Source: an uncultured Gemmatimonadaceae bacterium
GTDB lineage: Bacteria; Gemmatimonadota; Gemmatimonadetes; Longimicrobiales; Gaopeijiaceae
Length of the DNA: 64,000 bases
NCBI GenBank assembly: GCA_964605505.1
Contig: CAZSDD010000001.1
Coordinates: forward strand, 32,840 to 96,839
Direction of reading: 5' to 3'
In this document: in pieces, positions 36,174-45,758 of the stretch
How positions within the stretch are numbered: position 1 is the first letter of the stretch
Layout: each line of letters opens with the position of its first letter
Translations under genes and position numbers: made by a program
The notes under the pieces: model-generated
The model's input: only the letters and a program-made list of their open reading frames with translations
Told to the model about the DNA's origin: nothing
The model's database searches: none

Positions 36174-38479
36174 CTCCCCAGCCTGGCCCAGGATTCTGCC
36201 CGCTCCATGTTCAGCACAGCCTCTTCTTCCCGCCCCGCCTCCGCGGCGGCCCGGTAGAGGGCGTAGTGAACCCAGGCATAGTAGCTGGGCACCCCCAGGA
36301 CGGCACGGTAGGGCCAGCGGGACCATTCGTCCGGGAGTCCTCCCCGGTGCATGAAGACCTCCCAGGCCAGTGACCGGGTGCGGTCCACGTCCAGCCAGAT
36401 TCCCGTCACCGAGGTCATGGGGGAAAGCTCCAGCTCCGTCACTCCCGGCATCGCCTCGGGATCCGGAATCCCCGGATTCAGGCGATAGGCCAGCCCCTGC
36501 CGGATGAGGAAGGGGCTCAGCCCCAGGCTCTCGGCCGCGCTTCCGCTGGAGGCGAAGTAGACGGGACGGTCTCCCATGGAGTTGCTGATGATGGCCAGGG
36601 CGAACTGATGCCAGGGGTAGAGGTAGGTATCCCCTCGCAGGCGTGCCGAAACCCCCCGTCCGAGATCCACCGTCCGCTCTTCCCGGAGAGGGACCACGGC
36701 CTGGGCGACACGGCGAATGGTGTCGTCGTCCAGGTTCAGGATGGAGCGGGTGGGTTTCCGGAGGGCGCCGGAGAGGATGAGGGGTATCTTGCCCTGGCTC
36801 TCCACCTCCCGGGCCTTCGCCGCCGGAACGTATTCGGCCCCGGGAGAGCCTTCTCCCGTGTACGGTCGCTGGCAGACGATGCGGGTGGGGTTCGAGGCCG
36901 GATCCTCCCCGGGGCCGCAGGGTCTCGTGAGCCCCCGGAGCTGGAAGGCATACCAGTCGATGTTCAGGTAGGAGGTGACGATGACGGTGACGTCCCGCCG
37001 GATCCCCTCCACCTCCTGAAGATACCAGAGGGGGAAGGTGTCGTTGTCTCCATTGGTAAAGAGGACCCCGTAGGGCTCCACGCTCATGAGAAGGTTGTAG
37101 GCCCAGTCCCTGGTGGAGTAATCCCCGGCCCGGTTGGCCCAGGGCCAGTTGAGCGCCAGGGGCAGAAGGGCCAGAACCAATATGGGTGCCGCCTTCCGGT
37201 AGCTTCCCTTCATCCGTTCGGAAAACGACTTCCAGAGAGTGGCGATTCCCATACCGGCCCAGAGGCCCCAGAGGGAGAAGCTCACGAGAAAGAAGTAGTC
37301 CCGCTCCCTGACCTCGTGGAGGCTCAGATCACCCGCAGGATCCGGGATGGTATACCCGTACTTGAAGTTCAGGTAGAAGACCAGTGCCACCGAAAGGGTG
37401 CCGAAAAGGGTCAGGAAATACCACCAGGTGGCCCGATCCCGCTTGAAATGCTCCACGGCCCCGTAGACTCCCAGCCCCGTGAAGAGGAGGGTGAAGGGAA
37501 GCCTGGCTGCGGCGAAAAGGCTCTGAGTACCCTGGAGGGCCCGGGCCCACTGCCAGTCGAAGTACTGTAGATAGTTGGCGAACTGGAGATGCAGAGGAGC
37601 CAGCCTGCCCCAGACGGAGGGCTTCACGTACTGGTCCCGGCTGAGAGCCGCCGAGAGGTTCTCGCACCCGGCCTGTCCCCATGTCAGAATGCTGGTGAGG
37701 GCCCCGCCCAGGGACTCGCAGGTGGGAGAGGCCTCGTTTATGATGGGATCCAGTCCCGCCCGCAGAGGCAGGTAGAGGTGAATGGAGAGGCCCAGGAAGA
37801 GGGCCACCAGGGCCGCCACGTACAACCGGAAATTCAGGAGCACACGGGGGTGTGCCATGAGAATGAAGATCCCCAGGGCCGGGGCCGCCAGGAACGCCAT
37901 GAGGTGATTCCCCACCGACAGGGCCAGGATGAACACCATGAGGACGAGGATGTTGTCGTCCTTTCCCTTTCCCAGGTTCCGCCGCCAATGGAAGGCAAGC
38001 CAGGACAGCAGTGCGATGGTGAAGAGTGAGACGGTGTAGACCTTCTCGTTGACGTTCGATTGGTTCCAGACGGTGAATGCGGTGGCGCTCACGAGGACGG
38101 CGGTGAAGGCTCCGGCAAGGGGGAAGATCCGGTCCCGGGTATAGGTTCGGAGGACCTGGTGGACGATGAGAAACCAGAACCCGTGGGCCAGGGCGCTCAT
38201 GAAGGTGGAGAAGAGGTTGATCCGGACGGCCACCGATAGCCCCAGGGGCGCCAGCAACAGCTCCCAGGCCCGAGCCAGCACTACGAAGAGGGGATTCCCG
38301 GGCGGGTGGGGAATTCCAAGGATGTGGGCCGTGGCGATGTACTCGCTGGTATCCCAGAAGGCGGTGGTGGGGGCCAGTGTGATGATGTACAGGGCCGCCA
38401 CCGCCAGGGTGGCCGCCAGGGCCCATCCATAGGGGGGCCTCGGATCCTTCCCCTGCCGGGTGTCCGTCGCGTCCGTCAA
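36170..38479 (-). CDS. DUF2723/TMEM260-like GT-C fold membrane glycosyltransferase
   Basis: N-terminus LAPTTAFWDTSEYIATAHILGIPHPPGNPLFVVLAR with many TM helices. The TTG start at 38479 has an AAGGAG embedded in the last codons of the upstream gene. Its stop overlaps the convergent sbcDC-like stop. Confidence 0.75.
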   Translation of the reverse strand: MTDATDTRQGKDPRPPYGWALAATLAVAALYIITLAPTTAFWDTSEYIATAHILGIPHPPGNPLFVVLARAWELLLAPLGLSVAVRINLFSTFMSALAHGFWFLIVHQVLRTYTRDRIFPLAGAFTAVLVSATAFTVWNQSNVNEKVYTVSLFTIALLSWLAFHWRRNLGKGKDDNILVLMVFILALSVGNHLMAFLAAPALGIFILMAHPRVLLNFRLYVAALVALFLGLSIHLYLPLRAGLDPIINEASPTCESLGGALTSILTWGQAGCENLSAALSRDQYVKPSVWGRLAPLHLQFANYLQYFDWQWARALQGTQSLFAAARLPFTLLFTGLGVYGAVEHFKRDRATWWYFLTLFGTLSVALVFYLNFKYGYTIPDPAGDLSLHEVRERDYFFLVSFSLWGLWAGMGIATLWKSFSERMKGSYRKAAPILVLALLPLALNWPWANRAGDYSTRDWAYNLLMSVEPYGVLFTNGDNDTFPLWYLQEVEGIRRDVTVIVTSYLNIDWYAFQLRGLTRPCGPGEDPASNPTRIVCQRPYTGEGSPGAEYVPAAKAREVESQGKIPLILSGALRKPTRSILNLDDDTIRRVAQAVVPLREERTVDLGRGVSARLRGDTYLYPWHQFALAIISNSMGDRPVYFASSGSAAESLGLSPFLIRQGLAYRLNPGIPDPEAMPGVTELELSPMTSVTGIWLDVDRTRSLAWEVFMHRGGLPDEWSRWPYRAVLGVPSYYAWVHYALYRAAAEAGREEEAVLNMERAESWARLGS

Positions 38480-38485
38480 GAGCTT

Positions 38486-40477
38486 CTACTCCTTCATGAG
38501 GTGGAGGCTGCCCCAGGCATCCACTTCCAGGCGCCAGGCCGGTGGGAGCCAGGTGGTGGAGCTGTATTCCATGACCAGGGCGGGGCCATGGAGCGTGTGG
38601 CCCTTCCGGAGCTCCCTTCGCCAGACCGCCCGGGCGGTGATCTCCTCCCCAGCATGATATACCGTTTTTTCCATGGTGGGAGGGGGAGCGTCTGATTCCG
38701 GGAGGGGATCGTGGATGAGAGGGAAGGCCCGACCTTCCACGACCACCCTGAGGGTGACGGCTTCCACTGGGGTGTCCTTCCGGGCGTAGCCGTACCGTTC
38801 CAGGTGCCTCCGGTGGAAGGCTTCCACCCACCCTTCCCTGGGGACCCGGATCTCGAAGCTCTGCCCCTGGTAGCGGGCATCCACCCAGAAGTTCAGGGTG
38901 AGATCCTCAAAGCGGTTCCCCTCCTCCAGCATCTCCCCCACGGCCTGGGACTCCAGGGCCTTGAACGCGAGGTCCATTCCGGCCTGGGTGTCGTCCAGGG
39001 TCGAGAGAAGAAGGAGGGTCCGGGACACTTCCCGGGTGGGAGGGGCCGCCAGCATCCCGTAGGCAGAGAGGAGCCCGGGATCCGGCGGCACCAGAGCCCC
39101 GGCGGCGCCCAGGCGCTCCGTCAGCTCGGCCACGTGGAGCGCCCCGGCTCCCCCGAAGGCCACCAATACGAATTCGGCGGGATCAAATCCCCGCTCCACG
39201 CTGATGACCCGGAGAGCTCGCTCCATGGCCGTATTTGCCACCTCCAGGACTCCCTCCGCCGCACCCTCCGGTGTCTTGCCAAGCTTCTCTGCCAATGCCC
39301 CCAGGGGGTCTTTGATGCGATTCCGGTCCAGGCTTCCTTCTCCGCCCAGGAACCCTCCCGGGGGCAGTCGGCCCAACCAGACATGGGCGTCCGTGACGGT
39401 GACCTCCTTGCCTCCCGACCCGTAGGAGATGGGCCCGGGATCGGCCCCGGCGCTCTCGGGCCCCACCCTGAGGGCCCCGCCGGCGTCCACACGGGCCAGG
39501 GAGCCGCCACCGGCTCCCACGGTATGAATGTCGATGACGGGTATGGCCACCGGCTGGCCGGCGATCTCGAACTCCCGGGTGTGGAGAGGCCGGCCGGGGC
39601 ACAGGGAGACATCGGTGGAGGTGCCCCCCATGTCGAAGGTGATGATCTGCTGGAATCCCGAGCGATCGGCCCAGCTCCGGGCTCCCACCACGCCGCCCGC
39701 GGGACCCGAGAGGACCGTATGCACCGGCTCCCGGATGGCCCGTCGGACCGGGACCGCTCCCCCGTTCGAGCCCATGATCTGGACCTTGTCGGCACCGCTT
39801 TCCCGGTCCAGGCGTCCCAGATACCGGGACATCATGGGAGAGACATAGGCGTTCACGACGGTGGTGGAGGTACGCTCGTACTCCCGGTATTCGGGAAGGA
39901 GCCGGGAAGACACGGAGAGGGGAAGGCCCATGGGTTCCAGGACCCCCGCCACCGCCTCTTCATGGGCCGGATCGGCGTAGGCGTGGAGCAGGACCACGGC
40001 CAGGGCCTCGGCCCCTGCGCACCGATCCGGGAGACCCGACAGCTCCCGGAGGTCCAGGGGCTGGATCTCCTCACCCTCCGGGCCCAGGCGCCCCGAGATC
40101 CCCAGGCGGTCCTCCCTGGCCACCAGGGGTGAGGGACGATGTCCCACCAGCGCGTAGAGCTGAGGCCGATTCTGCCTGCCGATCTCGATGACGTCCTCGA
40201 ACCCCCGGTTGGTCACCAGGAGGACCCGTGCCCCCTTTCGCTCCAGGAGACCGTTGGTTGCAACGGTGGAGCCGTGGAGGAGCCTGTGGGGGTGGACGTT
40301 TTCCCCCATGATCCGCCGACTCCCCGTGAGAACGGCCTCGGCGGGGTCCCCCGGGGTGGATGGGACCTTCAGGGTCCGAAGCCGGCCGTCTTCCTCCAGG
40401 AGAAGAAGATCCGTGAAGGTGCCCCCGGTATCCACCGCCAGGATGCGTGTTGACGTGGCTTCAGCGCTCTTGGACAT
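38486..40477 (-). CDS. hydantoinase/oxoprolinase A-type subunit (HyuA/OplA family)
   Basis: ILAVDTGGTFTDLLLL ... LLHGSTVATNGLLERKGARVLLVTNRGFEDVIEIGRQNRP ... FDMGGTSTDVSL. No HyuB-type partner is present in the window. Confidence 0.85.
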   Translation of the reverse strand: MSKSAEATSTRILAVDTGGTFTDLLLLEEDGRLRTLKVPSTPGDPAEAVLTGSRRIMGENVHPHRLLHGSTVATNGLLERKGARVLLVTNRGFEDVIEIGRQNRPQLYALVGHRPSPLVAREDRLGISGRLGPEGEEIQPLDLRELSGLPDRCAGAEALAVVLLHAYADPAHEEAVAGVLEPMGLPLSVSSRLLPEYREYERTSTTVVNAYVSPMMSRYLGRLDRESGADKVQIMGSNGGAVPVRRAIREPVHTVLSGPAGGVVGARSWADRSGFQQIITFDMGGTSTDVSLCPGRPLHTREFEIAGQPVAIPVIDIHTVGAGGGSLARVDAGGALRVGPESAGADPGPISYGSGGKEVTVTDAHVWLGRLPPGGFLGGEGSLDRNRIKDPLGALAEKLGKTPEGAAEGVLEVANTAMERALRVISVERGFDPAEFVLVAFGGAGALHVAELTERLGAAGALVPPDPGLLSAYGMLAAPPTREVSRTLLLLSTLDDTQAGMDLAFKALESQAVGEMLEEGNRFEDLTLNFWVDARYQGQSFEIRVPREGWVEAFHRRHLERYGYARKDTPVEAVTLRVVVEGRAFPLIHDPLPESDAPPPTMEKTVYHAGEEITARAVWRRELRKGHTLHGPALVMEYSSTTWLPPAWRLEVDAWGSLHLMKE

Positions 40478-40575
40478 TCATCATCGCTCCAGAGAGTCGT
40501 GTCTCCATCGGATCCTCTTCTCCTCTTTCCAGCTGCCGGGGATGCCGGACACCTGCCGCCTCGGGGAGGCGGGCC

Positions 40576-42078
40576 ATGCAGACGAACCCATCCTTCGAAG
40601 AATTCCGGGCTCATGCCGCAGGTTCCGGCGTCGTCCCTGTCTGGGCTGAGTTTCTTTTCGATACCCAGACGGCCGTGACGGCCTACGAAGCCCTGGCTGA
40701 GCCTCCCTTCGGCTTTCTCCTGGAGTCCGTTGTCGGAGGTGAACAATGGGCCCGTTACTCCTTCTTGGGAAGCCGCCCCCGGGAAGCCTGGCGCCTCCAG
40801 GGGGACCGGGTGAGCGTCTGGTCCCCCGGGAAGGGATGGCGGCCGGTGGAGACCCGTTCCCCCCTGGATGAGCTGGACCGGCGACTCCGGGCCCGGACCG
40901 CCGCCCGGGTACCGGGGCTGCCCCGGTTCTGGGGCGGGGCAGTGGGTTTCTTCGGGTATGACGTGGTCCGGCAGGTGGAGACCCTTCCCTCCCCTCCCGC
41001 CGACGACCTGGATCTCCCCGACGGCCTCCTCCTCTTCACCGACCTGGTCCTGGTCATCGACAACCTCCTGGGAAGGGCCATGGCCGTGGCGGCTGTGGAT
41101 GTGGAGGAGGGTCTTTCGGAAGCCGAGCTCAGAAGCCGGTATGAGGCCGGCGCCACCCGTGCCCGGGAGATGATCCGGCGCCTGGAGGCAGCCCCCCGGA
41201 TGCCGGCTCTGGATCTCCCCCCGGAGCCGGAGGATGACCCGCCCTTTTCCAGCAGCATGACCCGGGAGGGATTCCGGGATGCGGTGCGGAGGGTGAAGGA
41301 GTACATCCGGGCCGGCGACGCCTTCCAGGTGGTTCTCAGCCAGCGACTCGGGATGCCCTTCCACGGCAGGCCCTTCGACCTCTACCGGATCCTCCGGTCC
41401 CTGAATCCCTCCCCCTATCTCTACTTTCTGGAGATGGAGGGTCTGACCCTGGTCGGGGCATCTCCGGAAGTCCTGGTCCGGGTTGAGGATGGCCGGGTAA
41501 CGGTGCGACCCATCGCCGGGACCCGCCGCCGGGGCCGGACGCCGGAGGAGGACCGGACCCTGGCCCAGGAGCTGCAGTCGGACGAGAAAGAGCTGGCGGA
41601 GCACCGGATGCTGGTGGACCTGGGACGAAATGATGTGGGTCGGGTGGCCCGCTTCGGCTCCGTCCATGTCCCGGAGCTCCTGGCGGTGGAGCGGTATTCC
41701 CACGTCATGCACCTGGTGAGCCAGGTGGAGGGGGAGCTGAGAGAGGGCCTGTCGGCCCTGGACGTTTTCCAGGCCTGCTTTCCTGCCGGTACTGTGTCCG
41801 GCGCTCCGAAGATCCGGGCCATGGAGATCATCGACGAAATGGAGCCGGTGAAGCGTGGCCCCTACGCCGGAGCGGTGGGCTATTTCTCCTTCGGGGGGAT
41901 GAACATGGATACGGCCATCACCATCCGGACCGTGGTCCTCACCCCCTCCCGGGCCTTCGTCCAGGCAGGAGCCGGAATCGTGGCCGATTCGGACCCGGAA
42001 GGGGAATACCAGGAAACCCTGAACAAGGCCCGGGCCCTTCTCAGGGCCGGGGCCATGGTCCGGTCCGGGGCCCGGTAG
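40576..42078 (+). CDS. trpE: anthranilate synthase component I
   Basis: FGFLLESVVGGEQWARYSFLG ... chorismate-binding C-terminus (GTRRRG ... LVDLGRNDVGRV ... GAPKIRAMEII ... GPYAGAVGYF ... AGAGIVADS). ATG 40576 has GGAGG upstream. No trpG is adjacent. Confidence 0.88.
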   Translation: MQTNPSFEEFRAHAAGSGVVPVWAEFLFDTQTAVTAYEALAEPPFGFLLESVVGGEQWARYSFLGSRPREAWRLQGDRVSVWSPGKGWRPVETRSPLDELDRRLRARTAARVPGLPRFWGGAVGFFGYDVVRQVETLPSPPADDLDLPDGLLLFTDLVLVIDNLLGRAMAVAAVDVEEGLSEAELRSRYEAGATRAREMIRRLEAAPRMPALDLPPEPEDDPPFSSSMTREGFRDAVRRVKEYIRAGDAFQVVLSQRLGMPFHGRPFDLYRILRSLNPSPYLYFLEMEGLTLVGASPEVLVRVEDGRVTVRPIAGTRRRGRTPEEDRTLAQELQSDEKELAEHRMLVDLGRNDVGRVARFGSVHVPELLAVERYSHVMHLVSQVEGELREGLSALDVFQACFPAGTVSGAPKIRAMEIIDEMEPVKRGPYAGAVGYFSFGGMNMDTAITIRTVVLTPSRAFVQAGAGIVADSDPEGEYQETLNKARALLRAGAMVRSGAR

Positions 42079-42086
42079 ATCTCTCG

Positions 42087-43451
42087 CTATTCCTCCAGCT
42101 CCTCGTAGATCTGGGCCGCCGCTTTGATGCCCTTCTGGAAATTCTCCAGGGGGATCCACTCGTTGGGAGCGTGCATGTTGGCTCCGGGAGGCGCGAATCC
42201 CATGAGGAGGACCGGTGCCTCAAGGATCTCCTGGAAGTCCACCACGATGGGGATGGACCCCCCCTCGCCCGTGAGGACGGGTACGGTATCGAACGCCTTC
42301 TCCAGGGCCCTCCGGGCCGCTTCGAAGAAGCTCCCTTCCAGCTCCGCCTTCCAGGGCCGCCCGCCGTGCAGCTCCTCCACCCGCACCCGGACTTCCGACG
42401 GCGCCACAGTGTCGATATGGGCCATGAGAAGCTCCCGGACCCGTTCCGGCGTCTGGTTCGGAACCAGCCGAAAGCTGACCTTCGCCATGGCTCTGGCCGG
42501 GAGGACCGTCTTGGCGCCCTCACCCGTGTATCCGCAGAGAATGCCGTTCACGTCACAGGTCGGGCGGATCCAGAGGCGCTCCAGGAGGGAGTATCCCCGC
42601 TCTCCGTTCAGCCCCGGGGCTCCGACTTCCTCCTTGAATTCCTCCAGATCGAAGGGAAGCGCCTGGATGGCCTCCCGGGTGTCCAGGTCCCACTCCATGA
42701 CATCGTCGTAGAAACCCGGGATGGTGATGTGCCCGTTGGCATCCTTCAGGGAGGCGAGGATTGCCGCCAGGGCGTTCCCCGGGTTCACCACGGAACCCCC
42801 GTAGGTGCCGGAGTGCAGGTCGGTGGCCGGTCCCTGGACGTGGATCTCGAAGTAGGCCAGTCCCCGGAGGGAGAAGAGAAGGGAAGGGAGGGCCCGGCCG
42901 AACATGGAGGAGTCGGAGATGATGACGGCGTCGCAGGCCAGGCGTTCCTTCTGTTCCTTCACGAAGGGAACCAGGCTCGGAGATCCGATCTCCTCCTCTC
43001 CCTCGGCCAGGACCAGAACGTTCACCGGCAGCCTTCCGGCGGCTTTGAGCCGGGCTTCCAGGGCCTTGATATGGATGAACAACTGGCCTTTGTCGTCCGA
43101 GGCCCCTCGGGCGTAGATGTTGCCGTGCCGCACCGTCGGCTCGAAGGCCGGTGAGATCCATTCGTCGAGAGGCTCGGCGGGTTGGACGTCGTAGTGCCCA
43201 TAGATGAGGATGGTGGGAGCGTCGGGTCCGGCCTCTCTCCACTCTCCCAGAACCACGGGGTGTCCCGGCGTCTCCAGGATGGAGGCCTCCAGCCCGGCCT
43301 CCGTCAAACGGTTCCGGAGCCAGGCGGCGGCGGTCCGGATATCTGCGGAATGTTCGGCCCGGGCGCTGATGGAGGGAATCCGGAGGAAATCGAAAAGCTC
43401 TTCCTGGAATCGGGCCATCTCCTGGTCGATGTACGCCTTCACGTCTGCCAT
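42087..43451 (-). CDS. M20-family metallopeptidase (dipeptidase/ArgE-DapE-like)
   Basis: FLRIPSISA ... ILIYGHYDVQP ... GNIYARGASDDKGQLF ... LAEGEEEIGSP. ATG 43451 has AGGAGGA 7 nt upstream. Confidence 0.85.
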   Translation of the reverse strand: MADVKAYIDQEMARFQEELFDFLRIPSISARAEHSADIRTAAAWLRNRLTEAGLEASILETPGHPVVLGEWREAGPDAPTILIYGHYDVQPAEPLDEWISPAFEPTVRHGNIYARGASDDKGQLFIHIKALEARLKAAGRLPVNVLVLAEGEEEIGSPSLVPFVKEQKERLACDAVIISDSSMFGRALPSLLFSLRGLAYFEIHVQGPATDLHSGTYGGSVVNPGNALAAILASLKDANGHITIPGFYDDVMEWDLDTREAIQALPFDLEEFKEEVGAPGLNGERGYSLLERLWIRPTCDVNGILCGYTGEGAKTVLPARAMAKVSFRLVPNQTPERVRELLMAHIDTVAPSEVRVRVEELHGGRPWKAELEGSFFEAARRALEKAFDTVPVLTGEGGSIPIVVDFQEILEAPVLLMGFAPPGANMHAPNEWIPLENFQKGIKAAAQIYEELEE

Positions 43452-43810
43452 GGCCTGGGTCCTCCTGGGCGTTCGGGGGTGGGTGAAGATCATTGGGCGT
43501 CACGCCCGGCAGGCAGGGTGGAGCCCTTTACCAGAAGTACAATGTACGGCCCTCCCGAATCTTTTTCACCCGAAACCCGTAGGGGGGGGAGACCGGAGCA
43601 ACCAAATTCCTCTCCGGTTCGTCATAACAGGTGCAGGAAGCCCCGGGCGGGTGGGTGGTGGATGGGGGTCGGAAACCGGGGTGTAATGGAGGAGGCTGTC
43701 TTACGTACTGTAAGAAGCCTGTACCGTTACCGCGGAGCTCGACGCGTAATCCGAGCAGGAGGGGCTGGTCACCTCTCCTCACCCAACTCCACGGGGTGCC
43801 TCCGTGGGGG

Positions 43811-43852
43811 GACGAAACAAAGGCGGCGGTCCATCGGGGTCGTCGCCTTTTC
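43811..43852 (-). terminator. terminator-like hairpin downstream of the GlsB/YeaQ-like gene (T-rich flanks on both strands)
   Basis: Stem AAGGCGGCG/CGTCGCCTT (one G-T pair). On the minus strand it is followed by TTTGTTTCG and on the plus strand by TTTCGTG. Confidence 0.55.
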
Positions 43853-43897
43853 GTGCTCAGACGGGAAGGTCGGACAGTTGGACGGCGCCGGCCTGGA

Positions 43898-44179
43898 TCA
43901 GATCAGCCCGCGGATTCCCCACCGATAGATGTACGTGAAGAGGACCGACAGAAAGACGGCCCCCGCCATGCCGCCCGGGCTGAGGGCCAGAGGGTCTTCG
44001 AAGGCGAAGAGACCCACGCCCAGCATGCCTCCCACCACGGCGGCGAATGCGCCGAGAATCATGATGATGAGGGTGTGCCCCGAGGTGGCCGCCTCGGGAC
44101 CCTTCACCAGGGCCTTCACGACCAGCCCCATGAGGCCGCCGAGGACGATCCAGACACCGATTCCGATCCAGTTCTCCAT
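43898..44179 (-). CDS. GlsB/YeaQ/YmgE-family small membrane protein (transglycosylase-associated)
   Basis: 93 aa with three Gly-rich TM segments (WIGIGVWIVLGGLMGLVVK ... IIMILGAFAAVVGGMLG ... AVFLSVLFTYIYRW). Confidence 0.7.
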   Translation of the reverse strand: MENWIGIGVWIVLGGLMGLVVKALVKGPEAATSGHTLIIMILGAFAAVVGGMLGVGLFAFEDPLALSPGGMAGAVFLSVLFTYIYRWGIRGLI

Positions 44180-44266
44180 TGGATCCCGTTCGAGCTTGGG
44201 TTGGGGAGCAGGAAACGAAAAAATCTACCCTCTTTCCTCTGCAGCGACCACCCCGGGCCCCGGGTG

Positions 44267-44923
44267 TCACTCCTCCCCCATCCTCCGCTTCAACTCCCGG
44301 AGCCGGGCCTCGGCCAGCTCCTCGGGAGTGGGACCCCAGGATTCCCGCGACGATTCCGACTCCCCGAGCTCCGCCAGGAGATCCTCCTCCGCCTTCCTCC
44401 GGCCATCGGCTCCCTCGATCCGTTCCGCCATCCGGTCCATCTCGGCGAAGAGATCATCGGAATCGGTCATGGAGCTTCGGGCCTGGGCCCTTCCAAGAGT
44501 GGCGGTGAGGGTCTCCCGTTTCGCCTTCGCCTCCTTGAACTGGGCCATCATTTCCCGGATCTCGCCCTTCTTCATCTCCATTTCCTCCCGAAGGGCCAGG
44601 GCCTTGTTCTCCTGGATGACCTTGCGCTTCCGGTGCTTTTCCTCGTATTCCCCGGCGACCCTGGCCGTCTCCTCATCCCCGATCTTCCTGGCCATGGCCT
44701 CCCGACGCCGGCAGGTGGCCATCTCCTTCTCCTCCATCTCCACCATCTGGAGGGCCTTTCTTATCTGCCCCTCGAGAGTGTGCAGGTGGGCCTGGGCGTC
44801 GGTGAGCTCCTCCCGCATCTGCCGCAGGAGGCCGTCCACCACCTCCGGGACCTGGTCCCGGTTCAGCTCCTCCTTGAAGTTCTCCACAGCTTCCTTGAAG
44901 GCGTCTCGCAGGTTCTGAAACAT
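44267..44923 (-). CDS. PspA/IM30-like coiled-coil protein
   Basis: All-helical heptad-rich sequence with a PspA-like layout (MFQNLRDAFKEAVENF ... LLRQMREELTDAQAHL ... LFAEMDRMAERIEG). The ATG at 44923 is preferred over 44953. Confidence 0.55.
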   Translation of the reverse strand: MFQNLRDAFKEAVENFKEELNRDQVPEVVDGLLRQMREELTDAQAHLHTLEGQIRKALQMVEMEEKEMATCRRREAMARKIGDEETARVAGEYEEKHRKRKVIQENKALALREEMEMKKGEIREMMAQFKEAKAKRETLTATLGRAQARSSMTDSDDLFAEMDRMAERIEGADGRRKAEEDLLAELGESESSRESWGPTPEELAEARLRELKRRMGEE

Positions 44924-45037
44924 GGTGACGGGCTTCCTCACTGGAGTAGGCACAGCGTTGCTGGAGTTGGACCGGCTCCCGGAATTTCGCCGGGACTTCG
45001 GCGTGACCGTAAAAAACTTAGCACGGCGGAAAACCCT

Positions 45038-45081
45038 GACAAAGAAGAAGGACCCGGGGCTGTCTCCAGTGCCCCGGGTCC
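45038..45081 (-). terminator. intrinsic terminator after the ECF sigma gene
   Basis: On the minus strand: GGACCCGGGGC-actggagaca-GCCCCGGGTCC (11-bp perfect stem), followed by TTCTTCTTTGTC. Confidence 0.75.
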
Positions 45082-45128
45082 TCCGTCTTCCGGTCCGGTC
45101 CGATCCCGGCCCGGCGGCTCCAGCGGTA

Positions 45129-45758
45129 TCAGTTCAGGAAGGGCTCGATGCGCTGGGCGAAGGAGCTCCTGGCCCTGTGGAGGCGGCTCTTTACGGTACC
45201 CAGGTTGACTCCGGTGATGTCGGCGATCTCCTCATAGCTCTTCCCTTCCAACTCCCTGAGCCGGAATACCAGGCGGTGATGCTCCGGCAACTCCTCCACC
45301 GTCTCCTCCACAACCTGCTGGAGGTAGCGCTTCCGGTACATATCGTCGGGACGCATGGAAGAGTCTTCGAACTGGAGGGGCCGCTGGTCGTCCTCGAAGC
45401 TGTTCTGGAGCTTCTGGAAGAGGACCAGCGGGCTCCGGGACCGGTTGCGCAGCTCGTTCTTCGAGAGATTGCTGGCAATGGTGTAGACCCAGGTTGAGAA
45501 CTTCTTGGACGTGTCGAACCGGTGCAGGTGCCGGGTCACACGGATGAAGGCTTCCTGGACCAGGTCCTGAGCCCGGTCCGGGTCTCCCGTCTTCCGGATG
45601 ATGAAATGGATCAGCCGGTCACGGTAACGGTCATACAGACGTTGGAAGGCACCGGGCCGGCCTTGAAGGTGGGCGGTCACCAACTCTTCGTCGGTGAGAT
45701 CGGCCAGGGGCCGAAGGTCCATCAACTGATCCGGTTCCATGGTCGTTACGTGGGCCAT
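45129..45758 (-). CDS. ECF (group 4) sigma-70 family factor
   Basis: Region 2 (FQRLYDRYRDRLIHFIIRKTGDPDRAQDLVQEAFIRV ... FSTWVYTIASN) and region 4 (LPEHHRLVFRLRELEGKSYEEIADITGVNLGTVKSRLHRAR). ATG 45758. Confidence 0.88.
   Translation of the reverse strand: MAHVTTMEPDQLMDLRPLADLTDEELVTAHLQGRPGAFQRLYDRYRDRLIHFIIRKTGDPDRAQDLVQEAFIRVTRHLHRFDTSKKFSTWVYTIASNLSKNELRNRSRSPLVLFQKLQNSFEDDQRPLQFEDSSMRPDDMYRKRYLQQVVEETVEELPEHHRLVFRLRELEGKSYEEIADITGVNLGTVKSRLHRARSSFAQRIEPFLN

Noticed and set aside
40369-42159. 596-aa ORF antisense to trpE. Similar cases are 50286-52406 (antisense to the ABC exporter), 56104-58836 (antisense to the S9 peptidase) and 43631-45208.
   Set aside because: All lie opposite confidently recognised genes, or span intergenic DNA with non-protein-like composition. 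They are GC-driven open frames.
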